A DNA stretch of 64,000 nt from Callorhinchus milii. Its lineage: Eukaryota. This document shows positions 12,375 to 26,429 of this stretch, one piece after another. Within the stretch, counting starts at the first letter, position 1. Each line of letters begins with the position of its first letter. A program made the position numbers and the translations under genes. The stretch is taken from contig NW_024704743.1 in NCBI RefSeq assembly GCF_018977255.1, forward strand, positions 63,924,001 to 63,988,000, read 5' to 3'. The notes under the pieces were generated by a model, which saw only the letters and a list, made by a program, of their open reading frames with translations, was not told where the DNA came from and did no database searches.

Positions 12375-13112
12375 CCATATCCATATCATAACCCGTTCTG
12401 CCTTTCTCCGCCTCTGCAACATTGCACACCTCTGCCACTACATCTCAGCCGATCACACATCCTCACCCGGCTCTACTGGCTCTCTATCCCGCAGAGGATA
12501 CAGTTTAAAATCCTTGTCCTCACCTGTAAAGCCATCCACGGTCTTGCTCATGACATTTATAGAGCACCTTTCACATCGGGAGGATGTCCCAAGGCACTGG
12601 ACAGTCAGGGGTCAGGACACGAGCATGGGGGAGGGGTGGGGTAGGAGTGAGGGAAGGCAGAGAAGTGGGAGGGCAACCGATGGCACGATCGAAGAGAAGG
12701 ATCTTGAAACCGGCCTTGAAGGAGGCAAGGGAGGAAGCGAGGCGAAGGAACTGTGGGATGGAGTTCCAGAGTGTGGGGCCAGAGAGGAGAAAGCTCTCTC
12801 CGCTAGGTGATTGCTGTCCTGCTCCATGCCCCCTGTCCTGCCAGCTCCACCATCAGCGGTCAGGCCTTTAGCCTTTCTGCACCTATTCACTGGAACTCCA
12901 TCCCAGAGCCTCTTTGCCTTGCCCTAACCCTGGCCTCCTTGAAGGCCTGTCTCAAGACCTTCCTCTTCAACTGCGCCTTGGGTCATCTTCCCAACACCAT
13001 TTCCCTTACCCTCCACTCCTCGATTCCAGCCCTCAACCCTTGACTGTCTAGTGCCTTGGGACGTCCACCCGAAGTGAAAGGTGCTATATAAATGCTATTT
13101 GTTGTTATTGTT
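12375..13112. mobile_element. Plus-strand L2 3' fragment interrupted by a minus-strand L2 3' end (~12550-12800)
   Basis: Orientation switches, with two tails in opposite orientations. Confidence 0.85.
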
Positions 13113-14024
13113 GTGGGCAGAATCTGAAGGGTATGATCTCTGTATTTATTTAACAATTTAATCGTTTAAACCCCCCACATAAATAGACCAGTGACACGTG
13201 CACAACAGTTGCCTCGAAAGATTACCACTATCAATAGGTGATCATGCTTTCAGTCAGCCCAGCTTACTTTGAGACCTCCTCCCAGTGTGAAGAACACTTT
13301 GTCAAAGTAAATTGTTGCTGAATGAAATGTACAATTTTATAGTAGTTCCCTATGTGTATTTGTACAACAGATTCTAGACAAGCTCAAAATTAGGGCAGGA
13401 AAAAAGGTGGCATCATCTCTCAAGACCACAAATATTTTGAATTGGACTCTTGATACACATTATTTTCTGAATAAACATTTTAGACAATTACACAATCAAG
13501 CATTTTTATAGTTCTTAAATGCATCCATAACTATTGAAGGATTAATTGCGACACTGTGTGGTCTTGATTGCTGAAGTACAAATCACAAACTACTGCCAGA
13601 TACTGCAATCCTCATCCTTTGTCGCTGTCTGTCTGACAGGATGATTTCTGGCAGATTGTTATAGCAGCATCTTCAGACAAGACTAGATTACTGGTATTGA
13701 AATTAAAGCTATGATAGTGTGGTATATGAGCCTCTATACTTAAAGTTGCATTATATGGAAATAAAACAGTATTCTGTTCTAACCCTTGTAACAAATCACT
13801 TCCTGTACACTTTGTGTGCAAATCACTTCATGCCCTGACACCCCCCTAGCTCTCTGACCTGCTGACAACCTACTCCACCATCCGCCACCTTCACTCCTGC
13901 CGCCTGCGTATCCCTTGTCCCCTCTGCTCAGGTGAATGTTAAAGATCCTTGGCACTTTTCAAAAAGTGAAGTGAATTTCTCCCGCTGTCCTGTTCAACCC
14001 TCAACTGTTCTTTCTCCCTCATAT

Positions 14025-14710
14025 CCATGCCACGACCCACTCTGCCTTTCCCCACCTCTGAAACATTGTCCGACTCCGCCACTGCTTCACTCCTCAAGCC
14101 ACCAAAACCAAGCATTTGTCACCTCGGGGCTCGACTACAGAAACTCCCTCCTTGTCGGTCTCCCCAAATCTTCCCTCCACAAGTTGCAGATCATCCAGAA
14201 TGCTGCAGCTCGTGTCCTCTCCCGCACCAAGCTCTGTGACCCCTTCAGCCCCATCCTCGCCTGACTCCACTGGCTCCCCATCCTTCAGAGGATAGAATTC
14301 AAAATCCTCATCTTCACTTTTAAGGCCGTCCACGGCCTTGCCCCCTCCTACATCTCTGACCTGCTGACCCCCTATCAACCTGTCCGCTCCCTCCATGCAG
14401 CAGGCTCCAGCTTCCTCCATGGCCAATGGTAGAGCCCAGCCAATGGTAGGGCCCGACCCACCCTACCATTGGCCGGGTTTTCAGCCTCTCTGCCCCACCC
14501 TTTGGAACTCCATCCCACAATCTCTTTGCCTTGCTCCTTTCCTTGCCTCCTTCGAGCATGACTCAAGACCCTCCTTTTCGACCGTGCCTTCAGCCACCCT
14601 CCTACCTCTCTCCCTCGCTCATCCCAACCCTAACCCCCACGCTCGGGTCCTTGTACAGGATGTCCTCCCGACGTGAAAGGCGCTTTACAAATGTAATTTT
14701 GTTGTTGTAT
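14025..14710 (+). mobile_element. L2 LINE 3' fragment
   Basis: AFVTSGLDYRNSLLVGLPKSSLHKLQIIQNAAARVL and an L2 tail. Confidence 0.9.
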
Positions 14711-15884
14711 ATAAAATGCAAGGATTCCTGTATTCTAAAGTACCGGAGGGTGCCTGATATCTGTGGAACTGTACCCTATCAAATGAAAAAATTATTTACA
14801 CGTCTTCTGTAGAGGAAGATATCAGAATAAAATTGCTGCAGAAGATTGATAAGAAATAATCAAAACAATTCGGCAAGGCTCAGCAACTTGTCCAAGTAAG
14901 ATTAAACATAGAGACCTGAGGAATGATACACTGCATTGTTTAGTTGGCAGCACTCTTGTCTCCAAGTTAAATTGGTCGCAGCTTTTCGCCCACAAAATGC
15001 AGTAATTTCACTTTACAATATATTCTGTGAAGCGCTTTAAGATGTGATAAGGCGCTATATCAAATGCAAGGATTATTATTATGTTCACCTTCGTAAATAG
15101 AATCAAATACAATTACTTCATAGAAACCTCTTTGAAGCAAATTGAGACGTTTTGATATAAAGTGGTATTTCACATGCAAAAATATTTTTATTGCAGTGAT
15201 TAACAATTAGGATAGAAAGGAGAAATATAGTGCACTTAACTGACCCAAAATGAACTATCATAAGGGAAGTATATGTATGGTGACTTTCAGTCACCTTGCT
15301 TTGGTTTATACAGTATTTTAGAAGAGCTAGTCCCAGACAGCTTGGTAGATGTTTGCAGCAATTCTCCTACATTGAGATTATTGAAGGACAGTATTCACAA
15401 TGTCACTGGAGTTGAACATAATGAGGTACATAAGAAATGCTGTACAAAATGGCTTCTCCCAGGCTCCCAATTCTGATCAGGTGTTATATCCAAAACACCA
15501 ACCTATATTTCTCTTTCAGTTGACTGTGGTTCATGTCCAGCATTCATAGTTTTGGTTTTGCTGAGTATTTCTTGCCTCCAAGCAGCTTTCTGAAACTAGG
15601 CAATGGTGATAAATGTACAGATATCTCCTTTATAGTTGCTAGGATTATGGGGCACATCTGTAGTCTGTATTTCCACTTTAACAGAATAGATTACAAAATG
15701 GATTGCAAATCCTAGAGCTATCAGTGTACGGAAAATGTTAACAATGAGAAATTTAATTAAAAAGAAACAGATTGCAAATCCACTGAAATGTGCATCAAAA
15801 TAGATTATGTGTTTAAAACTAAAATAAGCAAATTTATTATTCTGACTACACAACTTAATTGGGAGAACATACGGCAACCTGAAG

Positions 15885-16145
15885 CCAGTGATGCATTGAG
15901 AGGATTTAAAGGACAATAGCAAGATCTGTTCCCCAACTCAAAGCACTCAAGGGATTTAGGATTATACACATTTGCGAAAAGAAGATTGAGGAGTGATGTG
16001 ATCAGGTCTCTAAATTAATGGAGGGTGTCGATGATGTGGAGGCTGCAGAATCTTTCATTTAATCCCCAGGGGATGAGCATGTTAGAACGCCACAAGCCAA
16101 GCTGGAGTTAAGCAGGAAAGTCTTCACACAAAGGACAGAATTCTT
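15885..16145 (+). mobile_element. Degenerate CR1 3' ORF fragment
   Basis: Weak similarity to 55.1-55.3 kb (KRRLRSDVI). Confidence 0.5.
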
Positions 16146-17515
16146 GTGGCTTTTCTGCTTTCAGGCCCACTATGGTTTTCTGTAAGCTACCTCAAGCTTC
16201 TATTTTATTTGATCGCACAAAATGCCATTTGGTTCTGCGAAATAAATGTGCATGACCTCATTTTGATCAATTCACAACCTTGCTTTGAGTCGAGATTAAC
16301 TTTGGTGCTGGAAAGAATATGTCTTCTGATATCAAGTCTCTCTAGGTTCTTGACGTTACACAAAAAGAATACCACAATTTTACCAAACTCCTGAATCTTT
16401 GGATGCTAATTTATTTTTAATAAACACTGTTTAGTTTTGGGCCTATTTGAGATTTATACTGATTAAGGTCTATCATAGAGAGAAAGCAGATGTGCTCCAA
16501 AATAACTGGAAGTTCAGTGATGCCACCATGTTTGGGGGGAGATAGCATGTTTTGTTTGCAAGCAATACAATTGTACTGCATCCACAGCACAGCAATTTGA
16601 TGTATCTGCTCGTGAATTCTACTCATGGAGCACTAGATAAATAATACAGCCAGTGTCAACTCAATTGTTTTCCTCAAAGCTATTTCTGATATGTAGAAAA
16701 AGTGGAGGGGCAGAGGGAAAATACAATGAAGTACTGTTGTAAATAGTTTTTTGTCTCTGTGAAGCTAAAACGCTAAAGAACTCAGAGGGCACATTGACAC
16801 TGGATGGTAAAACTCACAATCTCTGTGGCTGTGTTTGAAACACTGAAAACATATTTGTTAAAAAGGTTATATTTATTCCCTTCCAAATCAAAAAGTTGAG
16901 AGCTCAAGCCTAAGCCAGAAATTTTGAGTTCATAGTCTAAGATAACACTCCAATACAGTACTAAGATGATCAGAATTAATAGATGGTAACAGAGGTAAAC
17001 TATTATTGCAGGTATGCTATAGAAGGGGTTGGATGGGGCTACTAAGCAACTCATAAAGAGGAAAAAAAGAGGCATTTAATAATAAAAAGTTTTTTAGTTA
17101 CATTAAGAGAAAAAGAAAAACAAGGAATGGAATAGGGCCATTGAAGGTGGGATCTGGCAACGATATGACAAATGATGCAAAAGTACTAAATAAGTTTTTT
17201 GCCTCAGTTTTTACTAAGAAGGAGACGGGAAACTTATTTGATCTGGAACGAGAATTCCTGGGTGTTGCAGAGGCAAGTTGTAACACTATTCACATCACTA
17301 CCAGTATGGTTGCCAAACAGCTGTGCAAAATTAAGGTAAATAAATCAAATGGGCCGGATATATTGCATCCAAGGATCTTTAAGGAACTAAGAGGAAGTTG
17401 CAGGAACTGCGGCACAAATCTTTCAGAAATCACTGAATACAGGAGAAGTGCCAGTTGACTGGAGAAAGGCAGATGTTACTCCTATTTTTAAACAGGTAGA
17501 AAAGTGATCCAGGAA

Positions 17516-18250
17516 ACAACAAACAACAACAACAAATTACATTGTGGAGTCCTGTAGCTCAGTGGTTAGAGCACTCGCCTCACGAGCAAGAGAACCCGGG
17601 TTTGATTCCCTGGCAGGGCGAAATATTGGGCAAGTTTCCTTGCTTCACACGCCTCTGTTTGCCAGTTCTCTTTTCCGGGTTTAATAAACCCTTCAAAGAA
17701 ATAAACTGGTTACTCAATCCATGGCTGTTTGTGGGACACTCCTGTGCGCAATTCCCTTCCGTGTTTCACTCAAAAAATATAGTCAATTCACTTTACAGTA
17801 TATTCTGTGAAGTGCTTTGAGACGTCTTGAAGGCTTGATAAGGGGCTATATCAAATGCAAGGATTATTATTATTATTATATAGCGCCACGTTGGGAGGAC
17901 ATCCCAAGTTGCTGGACAGTCAGGGATTTGGACCCAAGCAGGGGGTCGGGATTGGGGAGGGTGGAGGGCAGGAAGGGAGGCAACGAGACGAAGGGAATGT
18001 GCGATGGAGTTTCATAGAGTGGGGGCAGAAAGGCTGAAGGCCCGACCGATGATGGGGCGGGTCAGGCGGAGGACATGGAGCGGGCCACAGGCTGCTGAGA
18101 GGAGGGAGCGGACAGGTTGATATAGGATCAGCAGGTCACAGAGGTAGGGAGAAGCAAGGCCATGGAGGGCCTTGAAGGCGAGGATGAGGATTTTGAACTC
18201 TATCTTCTGGGGGATGGGGAGCCAGTGGAGCCAGGCGAGGGTGGAATGGT
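17516..18250 (-). mobile_element. L2 LINE 3' fragment inserted in CR1 and itself interrupted by a SINE
   Basis: (CAA)n-AATTACATT at 17516-17543, resuming as ATATAGCGCC...GGGAGGACATCCCAAG at ~17877. Confidence 0.85.
17543..17878 (+). mobile_element. tRNA-derived SINE, full length, nested in an L2 tail
   Basis: GTGGAGTCCTGTAGCTCAGTGGTTAGAGCAC head through to (ATT)n tail. Confidence 0.92.
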
Positions 18251-19634
18251 AGGGTCATGGAATCTGGTGAGTAAAATTATGGAGACCCTTATTAAAGATA
18301 AGATCATGGAGTATTTGTACAGAAATAAAATCATAAAAGATAGTTAATATAGTTTTGTGAAGGAGGGGGCTTGCCATTCTAATTTACTGATTTTCTTTGA
18401 CAGTGTGACAAAGGAGCTTGATAAGGCTGTGGATGTTGGATACAGAGGAGGGCAACCAAAATGATGGAGGGACTAGACTATGAGGAGCAGTTAAATAAAC
18501 TGGGTATGTTCACACTGGAGAAGAGAAGGTTGTGGGGCAATATGATTGCTGTTTTTAAGATTCTAAAGGGGCTAGATAACAGAACTGTAGACCCAGAGGC
18601 CTGCGACTAATCTGCAAAAACACTATTTCAGTGAGGATTTACTGTAAAGTTAAAATCCATGGAACAGGCTCCCTAAGGAGACGGAGTAAGAAAACGTGTT
18701 GATTCATTCAAATACTAATTAGATGATCTTTTTTGGAAAATAATGTTGGGACACAGTATATGAGTAATTTGAGACATGACGTATAGTGTTATATGCTTGA
18801 AAGGACCAGGAAACTTTGAATCTACTGTTCCCAAGCTTTCCCCTCTGTTGTAGACTAATCCATACAGAATTAATTGCTATCAACATCTCCATTATTGCAG
18901 CATTCGACTACCAGGATAGTAGAAGGCGAACTAGATGGACTTTGGTCTTTTTTTTTCTAGCAATTCCTATGCTCCTACAAAATAGCTGCCGTGTTTGCTT
19001 TCAAAATACACAGTAGCAGTAAACTCTACAGTAAATCCTTCGAGACACTGACAACTTGATGAGGCCCCATATCAATTGCAAGGATTGTATTATTTTTTAT
19101 TTTTATTATTCAATCAGATAATGATTTCCTGGAAAATGATGCAGATAAATATTCATCTGGCTTGTTTATCAGCAACCATATTAGTAAATGCACAATCCCC
19201 AGAACTCTGAAAGGAATCTGAAATATTACAGTGATTAATTTGAAAAGGCTTTTTGCAATGCAGCACCACACTTGTGAAACATTTACTGGATTAAAATTCA
19301 GTGGTCTTGTGACCCATGACATGGAATACTTGAATTGAATACTGCTGCATTTATTCAGGGGACAAGGAGACTACTGTTAAAGGACAAACAGACATTCCCT
19401 GGAACTACGTTCGGACTAAGCAGAGGTGGTACAATAATTTATTTAGCATTATCGGGAATGGTAAAGTCTAATAGTGATTAAATTTAGAAATATAAATCAT
19501 TGTACAACTAATGTTTGGAATTACTGTTGCGAGTCAGATGGAAAAAAAACGAGGTTGAATGGCATGCTTTGGGGAGGCTCTGAAAATCATATTTAGAAAG
19601 TAGCTAAATATCTGTTCCAAGATAAAAGCAAGAG

Positions 19635-19950
19635 CAGCTCCAATCATGTTGTGGGTAAAGCTGTAGCTTTTGCACCAGAAGCTTGTGGTTCAAATCCTGG
19701 CACATTCTGAGTTTGCTGATCTCAGGCTGAATTGCTAAACTGGCCCTGTCCTTCACATCATCAGGGAGGAGAAAGACACCAAGATTGTGTGCACGAGGTA
19801 GGTGAGCGGTCAAGTTCTGTGCTGTGACACTGGGCCTTTTGATACACTACCAAGGCTCACATATGACAAGGTGGTGGTGAACCAGCACCAGTTGAACTGC
19901 ACCCTAGCAAGAGGAGACCTGACTTTAAATATATGGGGAGAAAATAAGAA
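19635..19950 (+). mobile_element. Probable old tRNA-headed SINE of a different family
   Basis: B-box-like GGTTCAAATCC near 19688 and a purine/A-rich end. Body unrelated to the main SINE. Confidence 0.35.
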
Positions 19951-21227
19951 ATATAAACGAAGAATTTAATTTATTAAGACGCAAAACACATTCAAATGTT
20001 TCTTTTGGACTTTACCTTACTTTGTAATAATAATAATATTCCTTCAATTTGATAGAATGCCTTATCATGTCATTGAAACATCTCAAAGGGCTTCACAGAA
20101 TATTGTAAAGCGGCTGGCTTTGTATTTTGTGGGCGAAACATAATACATAGACATCTGTGTAAGCAAATCAGCTGATTGAAATTAAATGCTGTACACTGTC
20201 CAGCGCCTTGGGACGTCCTCCCAATGTGAAAGGCGCTATACAAATGTAATCTTGTTGTTGTTGATTGCAGACATCGCCCTGAACATTAGCTCACAAATGA
20301 AGAGCTACAGTTCTCCGAAATGACAAAAGACATGGAAATAAGGGGCATTGAATGCAGCTTTCCCTGACCTTGGTGCCAATTTGCAATAAAATGTAATTAT
20401 GGGAATCCAATGCGTTTCTAATGGACAATACTTTTAGTACTTTCATTTCATGACTACACTCTCATCTGAAGAAGTTACTGTAAGTCATTACTGAAGTCTG
20501 GCCACTGCTGATTCAGTTCCAGCACTCCAACATAATTACACATTTTGGAGAGCGCCAGGAAATGGCTGGGCTGCCCTGGTGTTTTCATTTTTTAAATTTT
20601 ACAAAAAATTCCATCTTGAAGTTCAGAAAGTAAATTGACAAATGTAATTGTTTTTTGAGCCTTTCCAAATAATTTCCAGAAATTAATCTTTCAAAAGGAA
20701 ATCTCAGATAAGCAATCTACAGAGTGTAGTGTTTTTTTTCCCCTGGTCGTATTTTAATATTATTTTCTCCAATAATACAATGTAAAACTGAAAAAAGTCT
20801 GAAATTGGAGCCTTATTTACCCGCATTCAGAGTATTGCTGGCGTGTCCAAATTGTACTTGTTTTTTTTTTCTATTTATAAAAAATTGATTTGTGTATTTA
20901 GTTGACAAGGATTTTGATAAATCTTGTTATACAAAAACACCTGAGTACAATACATAATTTATCACATGGCTTCATAGCATCATGACTGCAGCTGTTTCTT
21001 TTACCTTCATCTTCCGATCTAAATGCTGCTTTTAGCTTTTTGTATCTGAGGAGGTATATTGATGTCCTGCTGCATCGAATATAGCTGGAGTTGCCTGTTT
21101 TGGTTTTGGCGGATATCAATGTTTTTTTACCTTTAATTGTTCTTTTTTTTACTTTCAGCACTATCTTTGCAACAATAAAGAATAATCCTACAATAATCCT
21201 TGTATTTGATATAGCATCTTTCATGTA

Positions 21228-21335
21228 ATCATAGAATTTTACAACACAAAAGGAGGCCATTCGGCCTATCGTGCTTGTGCCGGTTCTTTGGAAGAGTTAC
21301 CCAATCAGTCCCACTCCCCCGCTCTTTCCCCATAC
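21228..21335 (-). mobile_element. CR1-type 3' tail inserted in a SINE tail
   Basis: AGGAGGCCATTCGGCC tail flanked on both sides by SINE tail pieces. Confidence 0.6.
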
Positions 21336-21849
21336 GCCTTTTTGTGTGGGAAGATGTCTCAAAATTCCTCACTGTGAAGTATTTTTGTTGGCAAACAACT
21401 ACATTTTGTATCATGTTGCTCAAAGTGATAAAAAAAACTAATCCTTGAAATACAATTTTCTGCAATTTACAGAAAATTGGAAAACCTGACTAATACTGAT
21501 TTCTACCCATTAAAATAAAATCAGAAATGATCAGGTGAAGTATTGAAAGTTCAGTGTCTGCTGTGAACATCCTTTTATACCAAATGTTTAAAATCTTATA
21601 CGGAACCATTGCTTTGAAAATTCATATTAGCACTATGACTCATTCTAAAAAGTAGGAATATCTGTCCCCAAAATTACACCGTGAACTAAAGACCTCTTGC
21701 TGAGTAGATTTTCAGTCTGATAAATCATGTTTGCAGACAGGTAGCACGCATGGAATGCTCCATCCATCTCTGTATTCTCCATATATTGCACTTTGATAAG
21801 AGAAGCATGCATATGTATAATGCACATATACATTTCTAACTACCTACTT

Positions 21850-22440
21850 AACAACAACAACAAATTACAGTTGTATAGCACTCTTCACATCGAAAAGACG
21901 TCCCAGAGTGTTGGACAGTCAGGGGCTTCTGGGCAAGAGCTGGGAGTTGGGGTCCGGGGGGGTGGAGGTAGGAAGGTGGCCAAAGGCACAGTCGAAGAGG
22001 AAGGTCTTCAGATGGGACTTGAAGGAGGCAAGCGAGTGGGTGAGGCGGAGGGATTGCGGGATGGAGTTCCAGAATGTGGGGGCAGAGATGCTGAATGCCC
22101 GACCGCCAATGGTGGGGTGGGAAGTGCGGGGAACCTGAAGCAGGCTGGTGTCCACCGAATGTAGGGTGCGGATAGGCTGATATAGGGCTATGAGATCGGA
22201 GAGGGAGCAAGACCGTGGAGGACTTTGCACTCGATTCTCTGAGGATGGGGAGCCAGTGAAGCCGAACAAGAACAGAGGTGATTGGTTCCCGGAGTCTGGT
22301 GCAGGAGAGGGCACGAGCTGCAGAGTTCGGAATAATCTGCAGTTTTTGAAGGGAAGGAATGGAGGGAAAATTTGGGAAATTCAGCAAGCAGGCAATTGGC
22401 GTAGTCAAGCTGGGACGTTATGAAAGCATGGAGTAAGTAC
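21850..22440 (-). mobile_element. L2 LINE 3' fragment
   Basis: HAFITSQLDYAN, RLHWLPI and GGRAFSISAPTFWNSIPQSLR..FKSHLKTFLF. Confidence 0.9.
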
Positions 22441-23449
22441 TGACAGCCAATATACAAACATTCCTTTTATATTATTCGCTGTTAGGCATCAAGCTCCACC
22501 TCTGATACACGAACCTGCATGAAGGATGCTAAATAAATGCAAGTTGTTCTAAAATTACAATCCTTGAAAATGTTATACCCTTACTAGTTCCTGCGATGAT
22601 TGAATAGAATATCATGGATCTAAGTTATTCTGGTATGTTGGAAGAAGCCAATTATTACCCCAGCAAAAGACAGGAGGAGGGGAGGAAATTGGTAAGAAAA
22701 GGTAAATGTAATAGTTTTTTTCCCCTTCTAAGGATGGCGCTATAAGGTTGATGTGTACTCAATTTGAGCGCCCGAATAATATTTAATCCTTGAGGCTATT
22801 AGGTTTTTATTGTTGCGTACAGTTAAATAATCCCAGTGCAAGAGACCGTTTCCAAAACCTTGCTGTAAAGAGCAAAGTTAAAGCACCAAAATTATGCAAA
22901 GAATGGTTAGAATTGGCGTGGGTTAGTAAAAGGTTCAAATGTTTCAGATATGAGAACTAGAAATTACATCTCATAATTTACAAATATTCCCCCCACCCCC
23001 GAAAATGTTATGCTTGTTACTAAATACATTTTCCAACAAGCTGTTATTGAGGTGTCTGGTTTCACTTGATGCAAGGTCAGAGGTAGGAATTTTGAATCTG
23101 CTCATTAATCTAGCAAGCAGTTTTCACAGAGGTGCAATCCTAGTTATCTTTGGCTGTACATCTAACAATTAATGACAATTGCATTTGTCTAATGCTAACT
23201 GAAAGGCTGGAGGCCAATTCTGAAAGAGCAGCTTTCAATTCTAAATGGTGGATCGGTTCTGCTCTCACTTTTTTAGAAATATCCCAGCTCTAGTAGCCTC
23301 CATTCTATTCAAATACAGAATTTACCATTTAGAAACATACAAAAAAAAGCATTGCTAAACAGATATGTACTGTTCTTGGCCCCTTTAAAGGCTTACAGTT
23401 TTTTTTGGCTTATTTGGCACAGAAATTGATGTTGCGGTATTCTTTCCAA

Positions 23450-24140
23450 CACAACAACAAAATTACATTTGTATAGCGCTTTTCTTGCTGGGAGGACGTT
23501 CCCAGAGGCTGAAAATCAGTGTTTCGGACCTGAGCTGGGGGTCGGGATTGGGGAGGGTGGAAGGTGACTGAAGGCACAGTTGAAGAGGAAGCAAAGGAGG
23601 GGGCAAGGCGGAGGAACCGCGGGATGGAGTTCCAGAGGGTGGGAGCAGAGTGGTTGAAGGCCAATGGTGGGGTGGGCGAGGTAGGGAACATTAAGCAGGC
23701 CGGAGCCCGCTGAGCAGAGGGTGCGGACAAGTTGATAAGGGGTTAGCAGGTCGGAGAGGTAGGAGGGGACAAGGCCATGGAGGGCCTTGAAGGTGAGGAT
23801 GAGAATTTTGAACTCGATCCTCTGAGGGATGGGGAGCCAGTGCAGCCGGGCGAGGGTGGGTGAGATGGGGTCATGGAGCCTGGTGCGGGAGAGGACATGG
23901 GTTGCAAAGTTCTGGATGATCTACAGGTTGTGAAGGGAAGAGTTGGGAAAGCCGGCAGAGCGGATCATGTCACGGATGTGAGTGAGTAAGGACAGTTGAG
24001 GGGCGAACAAGATGCCCAGGTTCCTGGCTGGCTTGGTGAGATGGAGTGTGCATCCGTGGATGCTGATGCTGCCAGTGCCTGAGGTGCGGAGGCGCTGGCG
24101 CGAGTCAATCAGGAGATCCTCAGTCTTGCTAACATTCAAC
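23450..24140 (-). mobile_element. L2 LINE 3' fragment
   Basis: LNVSKTE..., ARNLGILF and an L2 tail. Confidence 0.88.
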
Positions 24141-24477
24141 AGGTGAATGTCAACAGGATGGGTTAATATGGTCAAAGAGCCTGTTGCGGGAGAGGATTTT
24201 TAAAGTTAAAGTACATGCAATTGTAAATAATTCCTGCATACTGGAAGTCGAGCAAACATTTGGGGAAAAGAGACTGATTTAAAATAGGAAAATATGGAAC
24301 GTGTGAAGACAATTCAACCTATCAAGCTCACTCCTTCCAGACATAAATTCCCAGCACCTTAGAACAAACTTCCGACTTCAAAAGGTGCTATACAAATGTA
24401 ATTTTGTATTGTATTGTAAATCTTGAGACAGAGAGAAAACAACATATATATGCTCATGATGACATATTTAGAGCAGC

Positions 24478-24841
24478 AATAATAATCCTTGCATTTGATA
24501 TAGCGCTTTTCATGTCTTCTAGACGTCTCAAAGCGTTTCACAGAATATACTGTAAAGTTAATTGACTGTATATTTGTGGGCAAAACACAGCAGCCAATTG
24601 CACACAGCAGTGTCCCACAAACTGTCGTGGATTGAGAGATCAAATGATTATTTTTTTTAAGGAATTATTACTCCTGGAAATGTGATCCGCCAATCGACTA
24701 ACAACCGGGTTCCTACTTGCTGCTAGAGGTGCGTGGAGTAAGGAAACTTGGCCAACATTTCGCCTTGCCGGGAATCGAACCCAGGTCTCTCGCTTGCGAG
24801 GTGAGTGCTCTAACCACTGAGCTACAGGACTCAGGACTCCA
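24478..24841 (-). mobile_element. tRNA-derived SINE, long subfamily
   Basis: Intact A and B boxes (GGTTCGATTCC), core and tail. Confidence 0.92.
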
Positions 24842-24844
24842 TTC

Positions 24845-25130
<286 letters not shown>

Positions 25131-25276
25131 GAAACACAAACACTTACACATACATATATATATATATATATATACACAAGCAATATACACAAGCAAACAT
25201 TCAGAAAGTGATAACGTAGATGAAGCTGGAGAAAGATTAATATGCATGTTGTCAAAATATCCCTTCCAGACCTTAC

Positions 25277-25343
25277 CTGTATCGGACATTCTCAATGGTG
25301 TCATGTGTTAATTTGCTGCTAAGGTTTTCACTATGGGGGTTAC
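25277..25343 (-). CDS. MOCOS: MOCOS coding exon 3 (67 bp, GNPHSENLSSKLTHDTIENVRY/R)
   Basis: GNPHS motif, ttctcag acceptor and AG|gtaagg donor, phase 1-2. Absent from the ORF track and read manually. Confidence 0.96.
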
Positions 25344-26288
25344 CTGAGAAATGAAAGAAAATCAAACATAATATAATTCAGAGCTGACATTATTTTAAAT
25401 TCTTTAAACCCAAAGATATGCTAAAATAAATCATTAGAATTATATGATAGAGCAGTGTCTAAAGTCTCAACAGAAAGTGACAAAACTGTAACATGATAGA
25501 ATGACCTTCCAGCACCTAGATTTCCATCTCATCATGACATCTATCTATGTCTTGCTTTTAGTAATTATTGTCTGCTGCCAATGACAGCTGCGTACCAGGT
25601 TTGTCTGAGTGTCTGTGTTCGTGCTGCCAGTAATCTCTTACACAGAAAAGGCAGGATAGGTTTATAAAGATGTCCTAAGACTTTTTCATCTTTGTTTTGA
25701 TAATTGTCATCGGATTTACAATTAGCTATTTTTAACTCCATTTCTACAATCTAAAATAATTAATGTAATAGTCGGTCAGCTTTCTGCCTCAGGCCATTCT
25801 TTGCGGGTCTTATTTTATTTTCCACATTATGAAGGGATATATAGTGAAATATTATTCCCCTTTATTGATAAATTGGTAACAAGAGGATATAAGATCAGGA
25901 TTGGCACTGAAAAAATTAAAAGAGAAGTTAAAAGATATTCTTTTATTAGAGCCTGGATTGCCTTTCATAAGTAACGGGTGAGGCTTTGACCATGAGAACA
26001 TAAAGAAGATTTGGATAAATGTTTGAAGAAGGGGAAAAAAGCAGGAAATGAGTGTAAGTAGTTTCATTGGAGCAGTTAGCTTGATGTTAACTGCTGCTTG
26101 ATGTGTGAAATGGCTTCCTACTGTGCTGTAATTTCTGCAATTCTATTTTTACTAGTCTGTGATATTCAATCTAAGAATCTATCTTTTACAAGGTGCAACT
26201 AAAATTCAGCAGTCAAAATTTTTCTCTTGAAAATTTGAGTTAAACATATTTAACTAAAAAAAACAAGAAATGACTGAGAAGGTCTCAC

Positions 26289-26378
26289 CATAGACATTGT
26301 CTGCAAGATCTTGGTAAAATCGCTGAAGTTGACTGTGTGCATAGAGCGTTGTACCTGCATGATCCAGATAAGTGATTC
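26289..26378 (-). CDS. MOCOS: MOCOS coding exon 2 (90 bp, GITYLDHAGTTLYAHSQLQRFYQDLADNVY/G)
   Basis: YLDHAG motif of the NifS-like class V aminotransferase domain. ttttag acceptor and G|gtgag donor, phase 1-1. Confidence 0.96.
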
Positions 26379-26429
26379 CTAAAAAACACATCAAAAGTTC
26401 ACAATATTTCTCAGTTGCTGGATTGCTCA

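Larger units (their letters stand above)
17060..18790 (+). mobile_element. CR1-clade LINE ORF2 remnant split by an L2+SINE insertion (pieces ~17060-17515 and ~18262-18790)
   Basis: VLNKFFASVFTK, NKSNGPDILHPRIFKEL and GEVPVDWRKADVTPIFK, resuming with KIMETLIKDKI and QRRATKM. Confidence 0.88.

Noticed and set aside
20537..20858. Possible degenerate inverted termini (TTTGGAGAGCGCCAG / CTGGCGTGTCCAAA)
   Set aside because: Too many mismatches and no clear TSD.
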